Of a stretch of DNA of 64,000 nucleotides, positions 22,012 through 31,105 are shown piece after piece (position 1 is the first letter of the stretch; each line of letters starts with the position of its first letter). The position numbers and the translations under genes are program-made. The notes under the pieces are model-generated. The model was not told the DNA's origin, made no database searches, and saw nothing but the letters and a program-made list of their open reading frames with translations. This stretch comes from an uncultured Chitinophagaceae bacterium (GTDB lineage Bacteria > Bacteroidota > Ignavibacteria > UBA10030 > UBA8401): positions 28,989 to 92,988 of the forward strand of contig CAZQSI010000001.1 in the NCBI GenBank assembly GCA_964596155.1. The letters run 5' to 3'.

Positions 22012-23079
22012 ATGAAAAAACTTCTCACCATCATTCCCGGCGACGGCATCGGATTGGAAGTTGTGGACGGTGCCCGGCTGATACTGGAACGCATCTCCCA
22101 TCGTTTCAACCGCACATTCGAATATAACATTGCGCTGGCCGGAGGGGCTGCTCTTGATGCTCAGGGTATTCCGCTGCCGGAAGAAACGGTGCAGACATGT
22201 AAAAATTGCGATGCCGTTCTGCTGGGAGCAGTCGGAGGTCCGAAGTGGGATGCCAATCCCCAGCACTTAAAACCGGAGCGCGCACTGCTCGGCCTGCGGA
22301 AGGAATTGGAGCTGTATGCAAACATTCGGCCGGCGAAAATTTATTCCGCTCTGGCTGATGCCTCCACGTTGAAAAAAGAAGTCGTGCACGGGGTGGACAT
22401 CGTTGTTGTGCGCGAGCTGACCGGCGGACTCTACTTCGGAAAGCCGAGCGGTTTTGAACGGAGAAACGGAGAAGAAGTCGGGTTTAATACGATGATCTAT
22501 TCGGAATCGGAAGTGCGCCGGATAGCGGAGACGGCATTCGACATCGCGCGAACGCGGAACAAAAAACTCTGTTCGGTCGACAAAGCAAACGTGCTTGAAA
22601 CATCACAATTATGGCGCAAGACGGTGATTGCAGTATCAGAACGTTTTCCGGATGTGGAATTGTCGCACATGTATGTGGATAATTGCTCCATGCAGCTGAT
22701 CAGAAATCCAAAACAGTTCGATGTGATCGTGACGGAAAATCTTTTCGGGGATATTCTGAGCGATGAAGCGGCAATGCTGACCGGATCAATCGGGATGCTT
22801 GCATCGGCATCGCTCGGCGGAAGCGTCGGAATGTATGAACCGGTGCACGGCAGTGCGCCGGACATTGCGGGACAAAACAAAGCAAATCCGATAGCAACAA
22901 TCGCTTCCGCCGCCATGATGCTGAAATATTCATTCGGATGGAATGAAGAAGCGGCGGCTGTCGAGCATGCCATCGACGACGTTTTGCAGAAAGGATTCCG
23001 GACGGCGGATATTTATTCCGAAGGCACAACGCTTCTCGGCACCAAGGAAATGGCGAAGGCGATCGCCGCATCGATTTAA
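22012..23079 (+). CDS. leuB: 3-isopropylmalate dehydrogenase
   Basis: [18 protein letters not shown]...[20 protein letters not shown]. The track ORF begins at GTG 22003, which overlaps the proC stop. ATG 22012 is more plausible. Confidence 0.9.
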   Translation: MKKLLTIIPGDGIGLEVVDGARLILERISHRFNRTFEYNIALAGGAALDAQGIPLPEETVQTCKNCDAVLLGAVGGPKWDANPQHLKPERALLGLRKELELYANIRPAKIYSALADASTLKKEVVHGVDIVVVRELTGGLYFGKPSGFERRNGEEVGFNTMIYSESEVRRIAETAFDIARTRNKKLCSVDKANVLETSQLWRKTVIAVSERFPDVELSHMYVDNCSMQLIRNPKQFDVIVTENLFGDILSDEAAMLTGSIGMLASASLGGSVGMYEPVHGSAPDIAGQNKANPIATIASAAMMLKYSFGWNEEAAAVEHAIDDVLQKGFRTADIYSEGTTLLGTKEMAKAIAASI

Positions 23080-23151
23080 CAAAAATATTTACAAACCATC
23101 AGGCTGCCCATAACTGAGCAGCTGAAAACAAAGAGAAACCGAAGAGAGTAT

Positions 23152-24543
23152 ATGCTTACGATGAAATTCGGCGGGACATCGGTCGGCGATGTTCAGCGTT
23201 TAACAGAAGTTGTTGCAATCATTAAAAAATTTTTGCCGGAGCGTCCAGTCATCGTTGCCTCTGCCATGGGGGGCATGACCAACATTCTGCTTGATACGGC
23301 CCATCTGGCGGTCGAACGGAAGACGGGAGACGTCAACAACGCAATTGCGGGAATCAGAAAACGTCATGTGGAAATTGCCAACACGATGGTGCTGGAGTAC
23401 CGCCGCCGCGCCGATCTGATTGCAGAACAGCAGGAATCAATCGACGAACTTGCGAACCTCTATCACGGCGTGAGCCTGCTGAGGGAATTGTCTCCACGGT
23501 CGCTCGATGCGATTGCATCGTTCGGAGAACTGCTGTCATGCCGCCAGATTGCGGCTATTCTTGAAGAGCACGGCGTTCAGTGCCATTTTGTTGACGCGCG
23601 GTCGATGATCAGAACGGACAACAATTACGGCGAGGCAGCGGTCGATTTCGAATATTCGAACAATAAAATCAGCGAGACGATTTCGCCGCTGGTTGAGCAG
23701 GGATTTGTCCCGGTTGTTACCGGATTCATCGCATCGACCGATGACGGTATCACGACGACGCTCGGCCGGAGCGGATCCGATTATACCGGAGCGATTGTCG
23801 GATCGGCGGTGAACAGTGCGGAGATCTGGATATGGACCGATGTGGACGGAGTCATGACGGCAGATCCGCGGACGGTGAAAGGAGCAAAAGTTCTTTCGGA
23901 AATTTCCTATCGCGAAGCAGCGGAAATGAGCTACTTCGGGGCGAAAGTGATTCATCCGAAAACCATGGTTCCCGCCATCATCAAGAAAATTCCGATCCGG
24001 ATAAAAAACACATTCAATCCCGAACATGCCGGAACGTTGATTTCGGCTTCGCCGTCGACCAACGGTTCATTTGCCCGAACGGTAACATCGATCGATCATC
24101 TTTCCATCATTGCCATTGAAGGAAACGGAATGATCGGCGTACCGGGAGTTTCGGCGCGAATATTCTCTGCGCTGGCACGGGCACAGGTGAATGTGATGAT
24201 GATCTCGCAGGCATCTTCGGAGCACAATGTCTGCATCATTGTGCCGAAAAAGGATGGCAAAAAGGGAATGAAAACACTCCGGGATGAATTCGAGATTGAT
24301 ATTGCCAAAAAAATTATCGATGATATAACCATACAGGAACCGGTGTCAATCGTCGCCGTTGTCGGCGAAGGAATGATCGGGACGAAGGGAATCGCGGGGA
24401 AAACGTTCGACGCCGTTGCTCAGGCGGATGTGAACATTATTGCCATCGCCCAGGGTTCTTCGGAATTGAATATTTCCTTCGTCGTAGAACAACGCGATGC
24501 CGCGAAGGCGGTACAATCCATACACAATGCGTTTTATCAATGA
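23152..24543 (+). CDS. lysC: Aspartate kinase (monofunctional, two C-terminal ACT domains)
   Basis: 463 aa. MKFGGTSVGD...VVASAMGGMTN. ACT repeats in the C-terminal 150 aa. Confidence 0.9.
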   Translation: MLTMKFGGTSVGDVQRLTEVVAIIKKFLPERPVIVASAMGGMTNILLDTAHLAVERKTGDVNNAIAGIRKRHVEIANTMVLEYRRRADLIAEQQESIDELANLYHGVSLLRELSPRSLDAIASFGELLSCRQIAAILEEHGVQCHFVDARSMIRTDNNYGEAAVDFEYSNNKISETISPLVEQGFVPVVTGFIASTDDGITTTLGRSGSDYTGAIVGSAVNSAEIWIWTDVDGVMTADPRTVKGAKVLSEISYREAAEMSYFGAKVIHPKTMVPAIIKKIPIRIKNTFNPEHAGTLISASPSTNGSFARTVTSIDHLSIIAIEGNGMIGVPGVSARIFSALARAQVNVMMISQASSEHNVCIIVPKKDGKKGMKTLRDEFEIDIAKKIIDDITIQEPVSIVAVVGEGMIGTKGIAGKTFDAVAQADVNIIAIAQGSSELNISFVVEQRDAAKAVQSIHNAFYQ

Positions 24544-24788
24544 CCGCTCAATCTGAAAAATATCAAAGCATCAGCTGCTCATATTACGATCAGCTGGAAG
24601 CATATGCGACACGCCGCACCGTCTGCACCATCACATATTCCGCCAACGGGGAACAAACAGCGACGGGAGTCATCGTTGATCTGTTCGCGAAAGAGGGAGC
24701 CGAATATCTTACGCTTGATACCGGCGCCGTCATCCGATTGGATCATCTGATATCCATTAACGGCGTACCGGTCAGTAAATTCTGCTAA
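24540..24788 (+). CDS. rof: Rof/YaeO-like protein (Rho-binding antiterminator family, PF07073-like). Start overlaps the lysC stop (ATGA).
   Basis: 82 aa: MTAQSEKYQSISCSYYDQLEAYATRRTVCTITYSANGEQTATGVIVDLFAKEGAEYLTLDTGAVIRLDHLISINGVPVSKFC. It aligns by eye to E. coli Rof: YQPINCDDYDNLELAC...LELKDGEKLQAKASDLVSRKNVEYLVVEAAGETRELRLDKITSF. Confidence 0.6.
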   Translation: MTAQSEKYQSISCSYYDQLEAYATRRTVCTITYSANGEQTATGVIVDLFAKEGAEYLTLDTGAVIRLDHLISINGVPVSKFC

Positions 24789-24789
24789 T

Positions 24790-26061
24790 ATGAATTCCAT
24801 TCTTAAGAGTATCTCAACGGGAAAAGAATATCCGCTGACCGATGTGCGGTTTACCTCCGACAACGGCGAACTGCTCGACGTCGTTCATGACTTTGATGCC
24901 GTCAAACGCAGCCATTCAATCACCAGAGATTTTTTCTCTTCCAGACGTTCCACCGTCAACGGACAACCGAGCGGAGGAGTCTGGCGATTTAAAGAATTAG
25001 TGCTTCCCGATGTCGCTGAATCAGATATTATTTCAAAACAGGAGGGGAACACCCGGCTGTACAAAAGCAGGAAGATTTCCTCCTGGCTCGGTTTGTCATT
25101 CGATCGGTTCTACCTAAAACACGAAGGAGAAAATCCGACCGGATCATTTAAAGACCGGGGAATGACCGCCGCTATCACCATGGCGAAGCATCTTCATCAA
25201 AAGGCGGTAACGTGCGCATCGACGGGAAATACGTCGGCCTCTCTGGCGGCATACGCGTCGGAAGCGGGATTGACGGGGATTGTCCTGATTCCCAAGGGCA
25301 ATGTTGCCGTCGGAAAAATATCGCAGGCGGTTGCGTACGGCACAAAAACGCTCGTCGTGAACGGCGACTTTGACGATTGCATGCGGCTGATACGGGAAGC
25401 TCAGGAAAAACTCTCTGCGTACCCTCTCAATTCCATCAATCCGTTCAGGATTGAAGGACAAAAAACAATTATTTGGGAAATTCTTTTGCAGCTGGAGTGG
25501 AACGTACCGGATTGGATCGTCTTTCCCGGCGGCAATCTCGGCAATACCAGCGCATTCGGAAAAGCATTGCACGAAGCACATCAGATCGGATTGATCGACC
25601 GAATGCCGAGGATGGCCGTCATTCAGGCGGAAGGTGCAAGTCCGTTCTATAAAGCATTCAAGAACGGTTTTACGGAACTCAAAACGGAAAAAGCCGAAAC
25701 GATTGCGACGGCGATCAAGATCGGTGATCCGGTGAACTATCCGAAAGCTGTCCGGTCGGTTCGATGGACCAACGGCATCGTGGAATCCGTAACAGACGAT
25801 GAAATTCTGGAAGCGAAAGCGCATGTCGATGCATCGGGCATCGGCGCCGAACCCGCTTCGTGCGCAACTGTGGCCGGCTTAAAAAAGCTGATCGAACGGG
25901 GTGAAATAAAAACCGGTGAAACGGTTGTAGGAATTCTCACCGGAAACATCCTCAAAGATTCGCAGGTGATAGTGGATTATCACTTCAAGAAGAGTTCTCC
26001 GCTTGCAAATCCGCCGCACGATGCGGAGGCAACGCTGGAATCGTTGCAGCAATATTTGTAA
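24790..26061 (+). CDS. thrC: Threonine synthase
   Basis: 423 aa. PLP-lysine region FKDRGMTAAITMAKHL...CASTGNTSASLAAYAS. Confidence 0.9.
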   Translation: MNSILKSISTGKEYPLTDVRFTSDNGELLDVVHDFDAVKRSHSITRDFFSSRRSTVNGQPSGGVWRFKELVLPDVAESDIISKQEGNTRLYKSRKISSWLGLSFDRFYLKHEGENPTGSFKDRGMTAAITMAKHLHQKAVTCASTGNTSASLAAYASEAGLTGIVLIPKGNVAVGKISQAVAYGTKTLVVNGDFDDCMRLIREAQEKLSAYPLNSINPFRIEGQKTIIWEILLQLEWNVPDWIVFPGGNLGNTSAFGKALHEAHQIGLIDRMPRMAVIQAEGASPFYKAFKNGFTELKTEKAETIATAIKIGDPVNYPKAVRSVRWTNGIVESVTDDEILEAKAHVDASGIGAEPASCATVAGLKKLIERGEIKTGETVVGILTGNILKDSQVIVDYHFKKSSPLANPPHDAEATLESLQQYL

Positions 26062-26097
26062 CGGCCGCACCGCAAGAATGAAAGTGAATACCGCATC

Positions 26098-26994
26098 ATG
26101 AAAATTACCGTTCCATGTTCAACGTCAAATATCGGACCCGGATTCGATACGCTCGGACTCGCCCTCAACCGTTATCTCACAATCACGGTTGAGAAGATCG
26201 ACGAACCACAGGCGAAGATAACGGTTGAAGGAGAAGGAACGGATCACATTGCAACGGATGAAACAAATCTTGTCTATTTTGCCATGAGACGAACGGCGGC
26301 GATTCTGGGAAAAACATTGCCGCCTGTTCACATTCATCTCTCCAATGCTATCCCGTCGTACGGAGGACTCGGCAGCAGCGGCGCGGCAATCGCCGGAGGA
26401 GTTTTTCTGGCGAACGAATTATTTACCGGCGGGCTGACCCGCGACGCAATGCTGAATATTGCGGTGGAAATCGAGGGACATCCGGACAACGTTTCCGCCG
26501 CGTTCTTCGGCGGATTGACAATCAACTGTTTTGACAGCGACAAGGTTGTCCATTGCAGAAGCGTGAAAATAGAACAATCCCTTTCCGTTATCACCTGTTC
26601 CCCTCATTTTCAGGTAAAAACAAAACAGGCGAGAAAAATCCTTCCGCAATTTGTGTCCATGGAGGATGCCGTGACCAACATTGAAAATGCCGCTTCGCTT
26701 GTTGCCACGCTGATGAGCGGAGACTTTGAAGCGCTGAGATATGTAACAATGGAGAAACTCCATGAGCAATATCGATCCACGCTGATTCCGGGATTCGATG
26801 CGGTGAAACGGGCTGCATTGGAGTCCGGTGCGCTGTCGTTTAACATCAGCGGGGCAGGACCTACTGTTTTTTCCTTTGCGGTAAACGATGAAGAAACAAT
26901 TGCCCGTTCGATGGAGAAGGCATTTCTTCAGGAGGGACAGAAAGCAACGGCAGAAATTTTGAAGATTGAAAACAAAGGAATCACTTCGGTATAA
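26098..26994 (+). CDS. thrB: Homoserine kinase (GHMP kinase)
   Basis: 298 aa. VPCSTSNIGPGFDTLGLAL...PSYGGLGSSGAAIAGG. Confidence 0.9.
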   Translation: MKITVPCSTSNIGPGFDTLGLALNRYLTITVEKIDEPQAKITVEGEGTDHIATDETNLVYFAMRRTAAILGKTLPPVHIHLSNAIPSYGGLGSSGAAIAGGVFLANELFTGGLTRDAMLNIAVEIEGHPDNVSAAFFGGLTINCFDSDKVVHCRSVKIEQSLSVITCSPHFQVKTKQARKILPQFVSMEDAVTNIENAASLVATLMSGDFEALRYVTMEKLHEQYRSTLIPGFDAVKRAALESGALSFNISGAGPTVFSFAVNDEETIARSMEKAFLQEGQKATAEILKIENKGITSV

Positions 26995-27018
26995 TCGACC
27001 GCCTTCACATCCGGCGTA

Positions 27019-27894
27019 TCATTTTTCCACGGGATAACTCTCATCGCGAACGTTCCAATCCTCAAACGATCCGTCATATACCTTGGCATCATAACCGAGC
27101 AGCTTTGCCGCGCAATAGACGAGCGATGCTTGCTGTCCGACATGGCAGTACGTGACGACAGTGTTTCCATTCGGGATGTTTGCTGCAGTGAAAATCTCGC
27201 GCAATTCGGATACAGATTTGAATCTGTTCAATGAATCAAGCAGAGAGACAAACGGTACGTTTGAAGCATTTTTAATATGTCCCTGCCGAAGGATTCCGCC
27301 GCCGCTGCCGCGGTAAAATTGTTCGGTTCTCGAATCCACGATGGAAACATTCGGTGAATGAAGATTCCGTCGTATCCACTCTGCATCGGTAATGACGGAA
27401 CTGTCCGCTGTCAATCGCGGCGACGATTTCCGGACGGCAGGAATCATCGCCGTCACCGGTCTTCCTTCACGTTTCCACTGTTCAATTCCGCCGTCAAGCA
27501 GTGCGGTCTGTTTTCCGAATCCGAAAAATGACAGAGCCAGCATCATCCTTGCGGTGATGGTGACGGTTTGACCTGAATAGACTAAAATGATTGATGATGC
27601 ATTGGTAACGCCAAGTGTACCGAGAGCAGCCGCAGCTTCTTCCATCGACGGCATTTCGGTGGACAAATCGGGAATTGAAGGAGAGAGGGAGTTGACCCAA
27701 AGGAAACGGGAATTCGGGATGTGTTCAAGTTTATACTCAGCCCTGCTGTAACCGACATGAAGAATAACAACCGAGGTGTCGTTCATCCTTTCGGAAAGCC
27801 ATTGTGTCGACACAACAACGGGAAGCTGGCGTTGAGCGAAACCAACCGTCAGGAGAATAAAAGTAAGAAATACGAACTGGACGGTTTTCTTCAT
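27019..27894 (-). CDS. Secreted thiosulfate/3-mercaptopyruvate sulfurtransferase (tandem rhodanese domains) with a signal peptide
   Basis: 291 aa. N-terminal MKKTVQFVFLTFILLTVGFAQ. Active-site loop YCHVGQQAS. Two rhodanese repeats. Confidence 0.8.
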   Translation of the reverse strand: MKKTVQFVFLTFILLTVGFAQRQLPVVVSTQWLSERMNDTSVVILHVGYSRAEYKLEHIPNSRFLWVNSLSPSIPDLSTEMPSMEEAAAALGTLGVTNASSIILVYSGQTVTITARMMLALSFFGFGKQTALLDGGIEQWKREGRPVTAMIPAVRKSSPRLTADSSVITDAEWIRRNLHSPNVSIVDSRTEQFYRGSGGGILRQGHIKNASNVPFVSLLDSLNRFKSVSELREIFTAANIPNGNTVVTYCHVGQQASLVYCAAKLLGYDAKVYDGSFEDWNVRDESYPVEK

Positions 27895-27938
27895 TACTCC
27901 CGCTGTCTTTTGCTGATGATGGAGAGCCGGTGAATCTA

Positions 27939-28820
27939 TTATACCTCGTTCACCCGCGCAACAATGATTCCCGTTTGCCTGCTGATGTTTGCAAGATAGT
28001 CGTGCAGGGAACCTTCCGTGATCTGAACTTTTTTCCCGGCGCTCGGAGCATGCATGAATCGAAGCTGACCTTCCACTTTCACCGCAATGCCGGTGTGTGC
28101 AATATCGAGACCCTGAACATTCGACACGATGCCGATCAAATCGCCATGATGTACCTTATCGGCGAACATATGCAGGTTGCCTTTGGGAAGGAAGAAATCT
28201 TTCCGCGCATTGATCTCATCTTCCTGCTTTCGGATTAACGCCAGGTTCTCGTCATTGGTTTTCAAATGTTTATAACTCTCGCGGTGCGTACTCATGAAAT
28301 TGACCGGCTTCGGAATTTCAAGGAGATTCTTTTCGCCGAAGATCTCAGCGGTGACCACTTTGAGCAGTCCCTTCTTTTCCGCATGAAACCAGTAATCGGT
28401 CGTGTAATGAAGTCTGCTCGGATAGCCGTCTATTTTTCCGTCACGATACCGCATCAGCTGGAGCTGAGCCGTGTATTCCGCAAAGGTTGTTTTCTTCATC
28501 TTCACGCACCGGGCAAGCGACACGCAGTTTTCATAGAAGGTGACACAGTCCAGCGCCCGCATGTTCACGACAAGTTTCTCTTTTCCGTCTGTGTCCAAAA
28601 TATTTGCGCCGTAATCAACGCCGATAAATGTTTTTCCGATTTCAACAATCACCTCGCTGATCGGCTTGGAGGCGAGGGAACGCGAAAGCGCAAACTCAAA
28701 TTTTGATTTACAAATCTGCTCGTCTGTGAGTTCCTGCATAAGCGCCCCGTATAATGATGGTGGAATGGAGGAAGCGGCAAGTGCGAGTGATGATGATGTG
28801 ATAAATGATCGTCTATCCAT
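27939..28820 (-). CDS. Tat-exported hypothetical protein. Possibly DUF1460 / amidase-like (NlpC-like Cys motif LDCVTFYENC).
   Basis: 293 aa. Twin-arginine signal MDRRSFITSSSLALAASS. No confident enzymatic assignment without a profile search. Confidence 0.45.
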   Translation of the reverse strand: MDRRSFITSSSLALAASSIPPSLYGALMQELTDEQICKSKFEFALSRSLASKPISEVIVEIGKTFIGVDYGANILDTDGKEKLVVNMRALDCVTFYENCVSLARCVKMKKTTFAEYTAQLQLMRYRDGKIDGYPSRLHYTTDYWFHAEKKGLLKVVTAEIFGEKNLLEIPKPVNFMSTHRESYKHLKTNDENLALIRKQEDEINARKDFFLPKGNLHMFADKVHHGDLIGIVSNVQGLDIAHTGIAVKVEGQLRFMHAPSAGKKVQITEGSLHDYLANISRQTGIIVARVNEV

Positions 28821-28873
28821 ACAATCCTCAAATCAAAATGGTGATGAAAATAACATAGTACGATACCGAACCG

Positions 28874-30271
28874 TTAAAATACCGGTTCGTTACCTACGGG
28901 AGGAGCATATTCGTCAAACGTCGCCAACGCAAGGTTTTCGAAACGGGCATACTGGTTGACGAATGCCAGTTCAATTTCGCCGGTCGGACCGTTTCGCTGT
29001 TTACCGATGATGATCTCCGCGATGCCTTCCGCCGACGAACCGTCGTCGCGCGTGAGTCCGAATTTTTCCGGACGGTGAATAAACAGAACAACGTCCGCAT
29101 CCTGTTCGATTGCACCGGACTCGCGGAGATTGGAAAGCATCGGCCGTTTGTCGGATGATGATTCGACGGCGCGGTTCAGCTGCGACAACGCAACGACAGG
29201 AATATTAATTTCTTTTGCAAGTGCTTTTAATGACCGGGAAATTTGCGAAATTTCCTGTTCGCGGCTCTGTGCGTTCTTCGGTCCCGCCATCAGCTGCAGA
29301 TAGTCGATGATAATCATGCTCACGTCATGTTCGGCCTTGAGTCTTCGTGCTTTAGCTCGCAATTCAAGAATGGAAAGCGCGGGTGTATCATCGATGAATA
29401 TTTTAGCGTCGTATAGTTTGCCGATGCGTGTGCTCAGATTCCGCCACTGTTCCTCGGGAAGACGTCCCGTGCGGACGCTCTGTGCATCCACGCGCGCTTC
29501 GGCGCAAATCAGCCTCAGCACCAGCTGCTGCGACGACATTTCCAGCGAAAAGAAACCGATCGACTTGTTGTGATCGATTGCCGCGTTGCGCGCAAGCGAA
29601 AGCACGAAGGCGGTTTTTCCCATCGAAGGTCGTGCGGCAACGATTATCATGTCCGAGTTCTGAAAACCGCCCGTCATTGAATCGAGCGCCGTGAAACCGG
29701 AAGGGACACCGGTGACGCCGCTGTGTTTTCCGTGGATGCTTTCCAGCATTTCCATGGTGTCAAAGACGGCGTCCTTCATCGGCACGAACGATTTTTTCAT
29801 TCTCCGTTCGGAGATCTGAAAAATTTTGTTCTCCGCCTCATCCAGCAGATCAAGAGCATCATCCTGCTCATTAAACGCACGGCTGGTGATTTCGGTGCTT
29901 GTGGTGATCAGACTGCGCAGAATCGCTTTTTCTAGTACAATTTTGGCATGGTATTCAACATTGGCCGCAGAAGTGACGCGCATGGTAAGATCGGCAATAT
30001 ATACCGGTCCTCCGACGCTCTCCAGTTTTCCCGCACGACGCAGTTCTTCGACCACCGTAATGGAATCCGCCGCTTCGTTTTTTTCAAAGAGCGAGATAAT
30101 CGCTTTGAAAATCTCGACATGCCCCGGTTTATAAAATGCGCTTTCGTCAAGAATTTCGAGTGCGCGGGAGATCGCTTCTTTTTCGAGCAGCATTGCTCCG
30201 AGAACGGACATTTCCACTTCCATTGCCTGAGGCGGAACGCGTCCTGATGTTTGCTCTGTGTTGTCAGCCAT
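28874..30271 (-). CDS. dnaB: Replicative DNA helicase DnaB (no intein)
   Basis: 465 aa. Walker A GKTAFVLSLARN. N-terminal MEVEMSVLGAMLLEKEAI. RecA-like C-terminal domain. Confidence 0.95.
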   Translation of the reverse strand: MADNTEQTSGRVPPQAMEVEMSVLGAMLLEKEAISRALEILDESAFYKPGHVEIFKAIISLFEKNEAADSITVVEELRRAGKLESVGGPVYIADLTMRVTSAANVEYHAKIVLEKAILRSLITTSTEITSRAFNEQDDALDLLDEAENKIFQISERRMKKSFVPMKDAVFDTMEMLESIHGKHSGVTGVPSGFTALDSMTGGFQNSDMIIVAARPSMGKTAFVLSLARNAAIDHNKSIGFFSLEMSSQQLVLRLICAEARVDAQSVRTGRLPEEQWRNLSTRIGKLYDAKIFIDDTPALSILELRAKARRLKAEHDVSMIIIDYLQLMAGPKNAQSREQEISQISRSLKALAKEINIPVVALSQLNRAVESSSDKRPMLSNLRESGAIEQDADVVLFIHRPEKFGLTRDDGSSAEGIAEIIIGKQRNGPTGEIELAFVNQYARFENLALATFDEYAPPVGNEPVF

Positions 30272-30313
30272 TGTGTCGGTTTTCAGTTAACAAGTGCAGC
30301 TTGGATGATTGTT

Positions 30314-31105
30314 CTATGTGGCACGCGAACCGGTTGATTCATCGTACATTTTTCTCAGTTTCTGTACATCTTCCCACGTGGGGCGTTTCCAATTCGGATT
30401 TCTCAAGAGTGCCGCCGGATGATACGTGACGAATGTCGGAACACCGTGATAGGTGTGTACCGACGAGCGAAGACTTGTCAGCGATTCATCGGTTTTCAAT
30501 AACGTGTGCGCGGCAGTCAAGCCGAGACAGAGAATAAACTTTGGCTTGATCAGTTCAATCTGTTTCCAGAGATACGGTTCGCACTGCTCCACTTCTTCCG
30601 CATTCGGACGGCGATTTTCCGGCGGACGGCACTTTAAAATATTCGCGATAAACACTTCCTCGCGTTTAAAGTTAACTGCTTCAAGGATCTTATTCAACAA
30701 TTGACCGGCACGACCGACGAACGGTTCGCCTTTTGCATCTTCGTCCGCTCCCGGCGCTTCGCCGATAACCATAAGATCGGCATTCGGATTGCCGACGCCG
30801 AAGACAAATTTGTTCCTCGTTGCTCCGAGTCCGCAGTCCATGCAGGTGTAGATCTGACTGTTCAGATCGGAGAGCGTGGCGGCAGACTGCCAGGGTCCCG
30901 TTTTTTGTGCCGGTTCGCGTTCACCGGAAACCGCCGGTGTCGTTTTTTTTGCTGCCATAGTCTCTTCGGTTGCGTGGACGGAATGATGCGGCACAGATCC
31001 TGCAGCCGTTTTTTCCCGATAAATAATGTTGCCGAAAGCTGTTTGTTCCTGTCGGAGAAACGCTTCGGCATCGGACAAGAGTTTTTCAATCTCGCTGCCG
31101 GTCAT
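30314..31105 (-). CDS. Uracil-DNA glycosylase family 4 (4Fe-4S), with an N-terminal extension of about 95 aa
   Basis: 263 aa. [50 protein letters not shown]. Family-4 GEAPG and CxxC motifs. Confidence 0.85.
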   Translation of the reverse strand: MTGSEIEKLLSDAEAFLRQEQTAFGNIIYREKTAAGSVPHHSVHATEETMAAKKTTPAVSGEREPAQKTGPWQSAATLSDLNSQIYTCMDCGLGATRNKFVFGVGNPNADLMVIGEAPGADEDAKGEPFVGRAGQLLNKILEAVNFKREEVFIANILKCRPPENRRPNAEEVEQCEPYLWKQIELIKPKFILCLGLTAAHTLLKTDESLTSLRSSVHTYHGVPTFVTYHPAALLRNPNWKRPTWEDVQKLRKMYDESTGSRAT

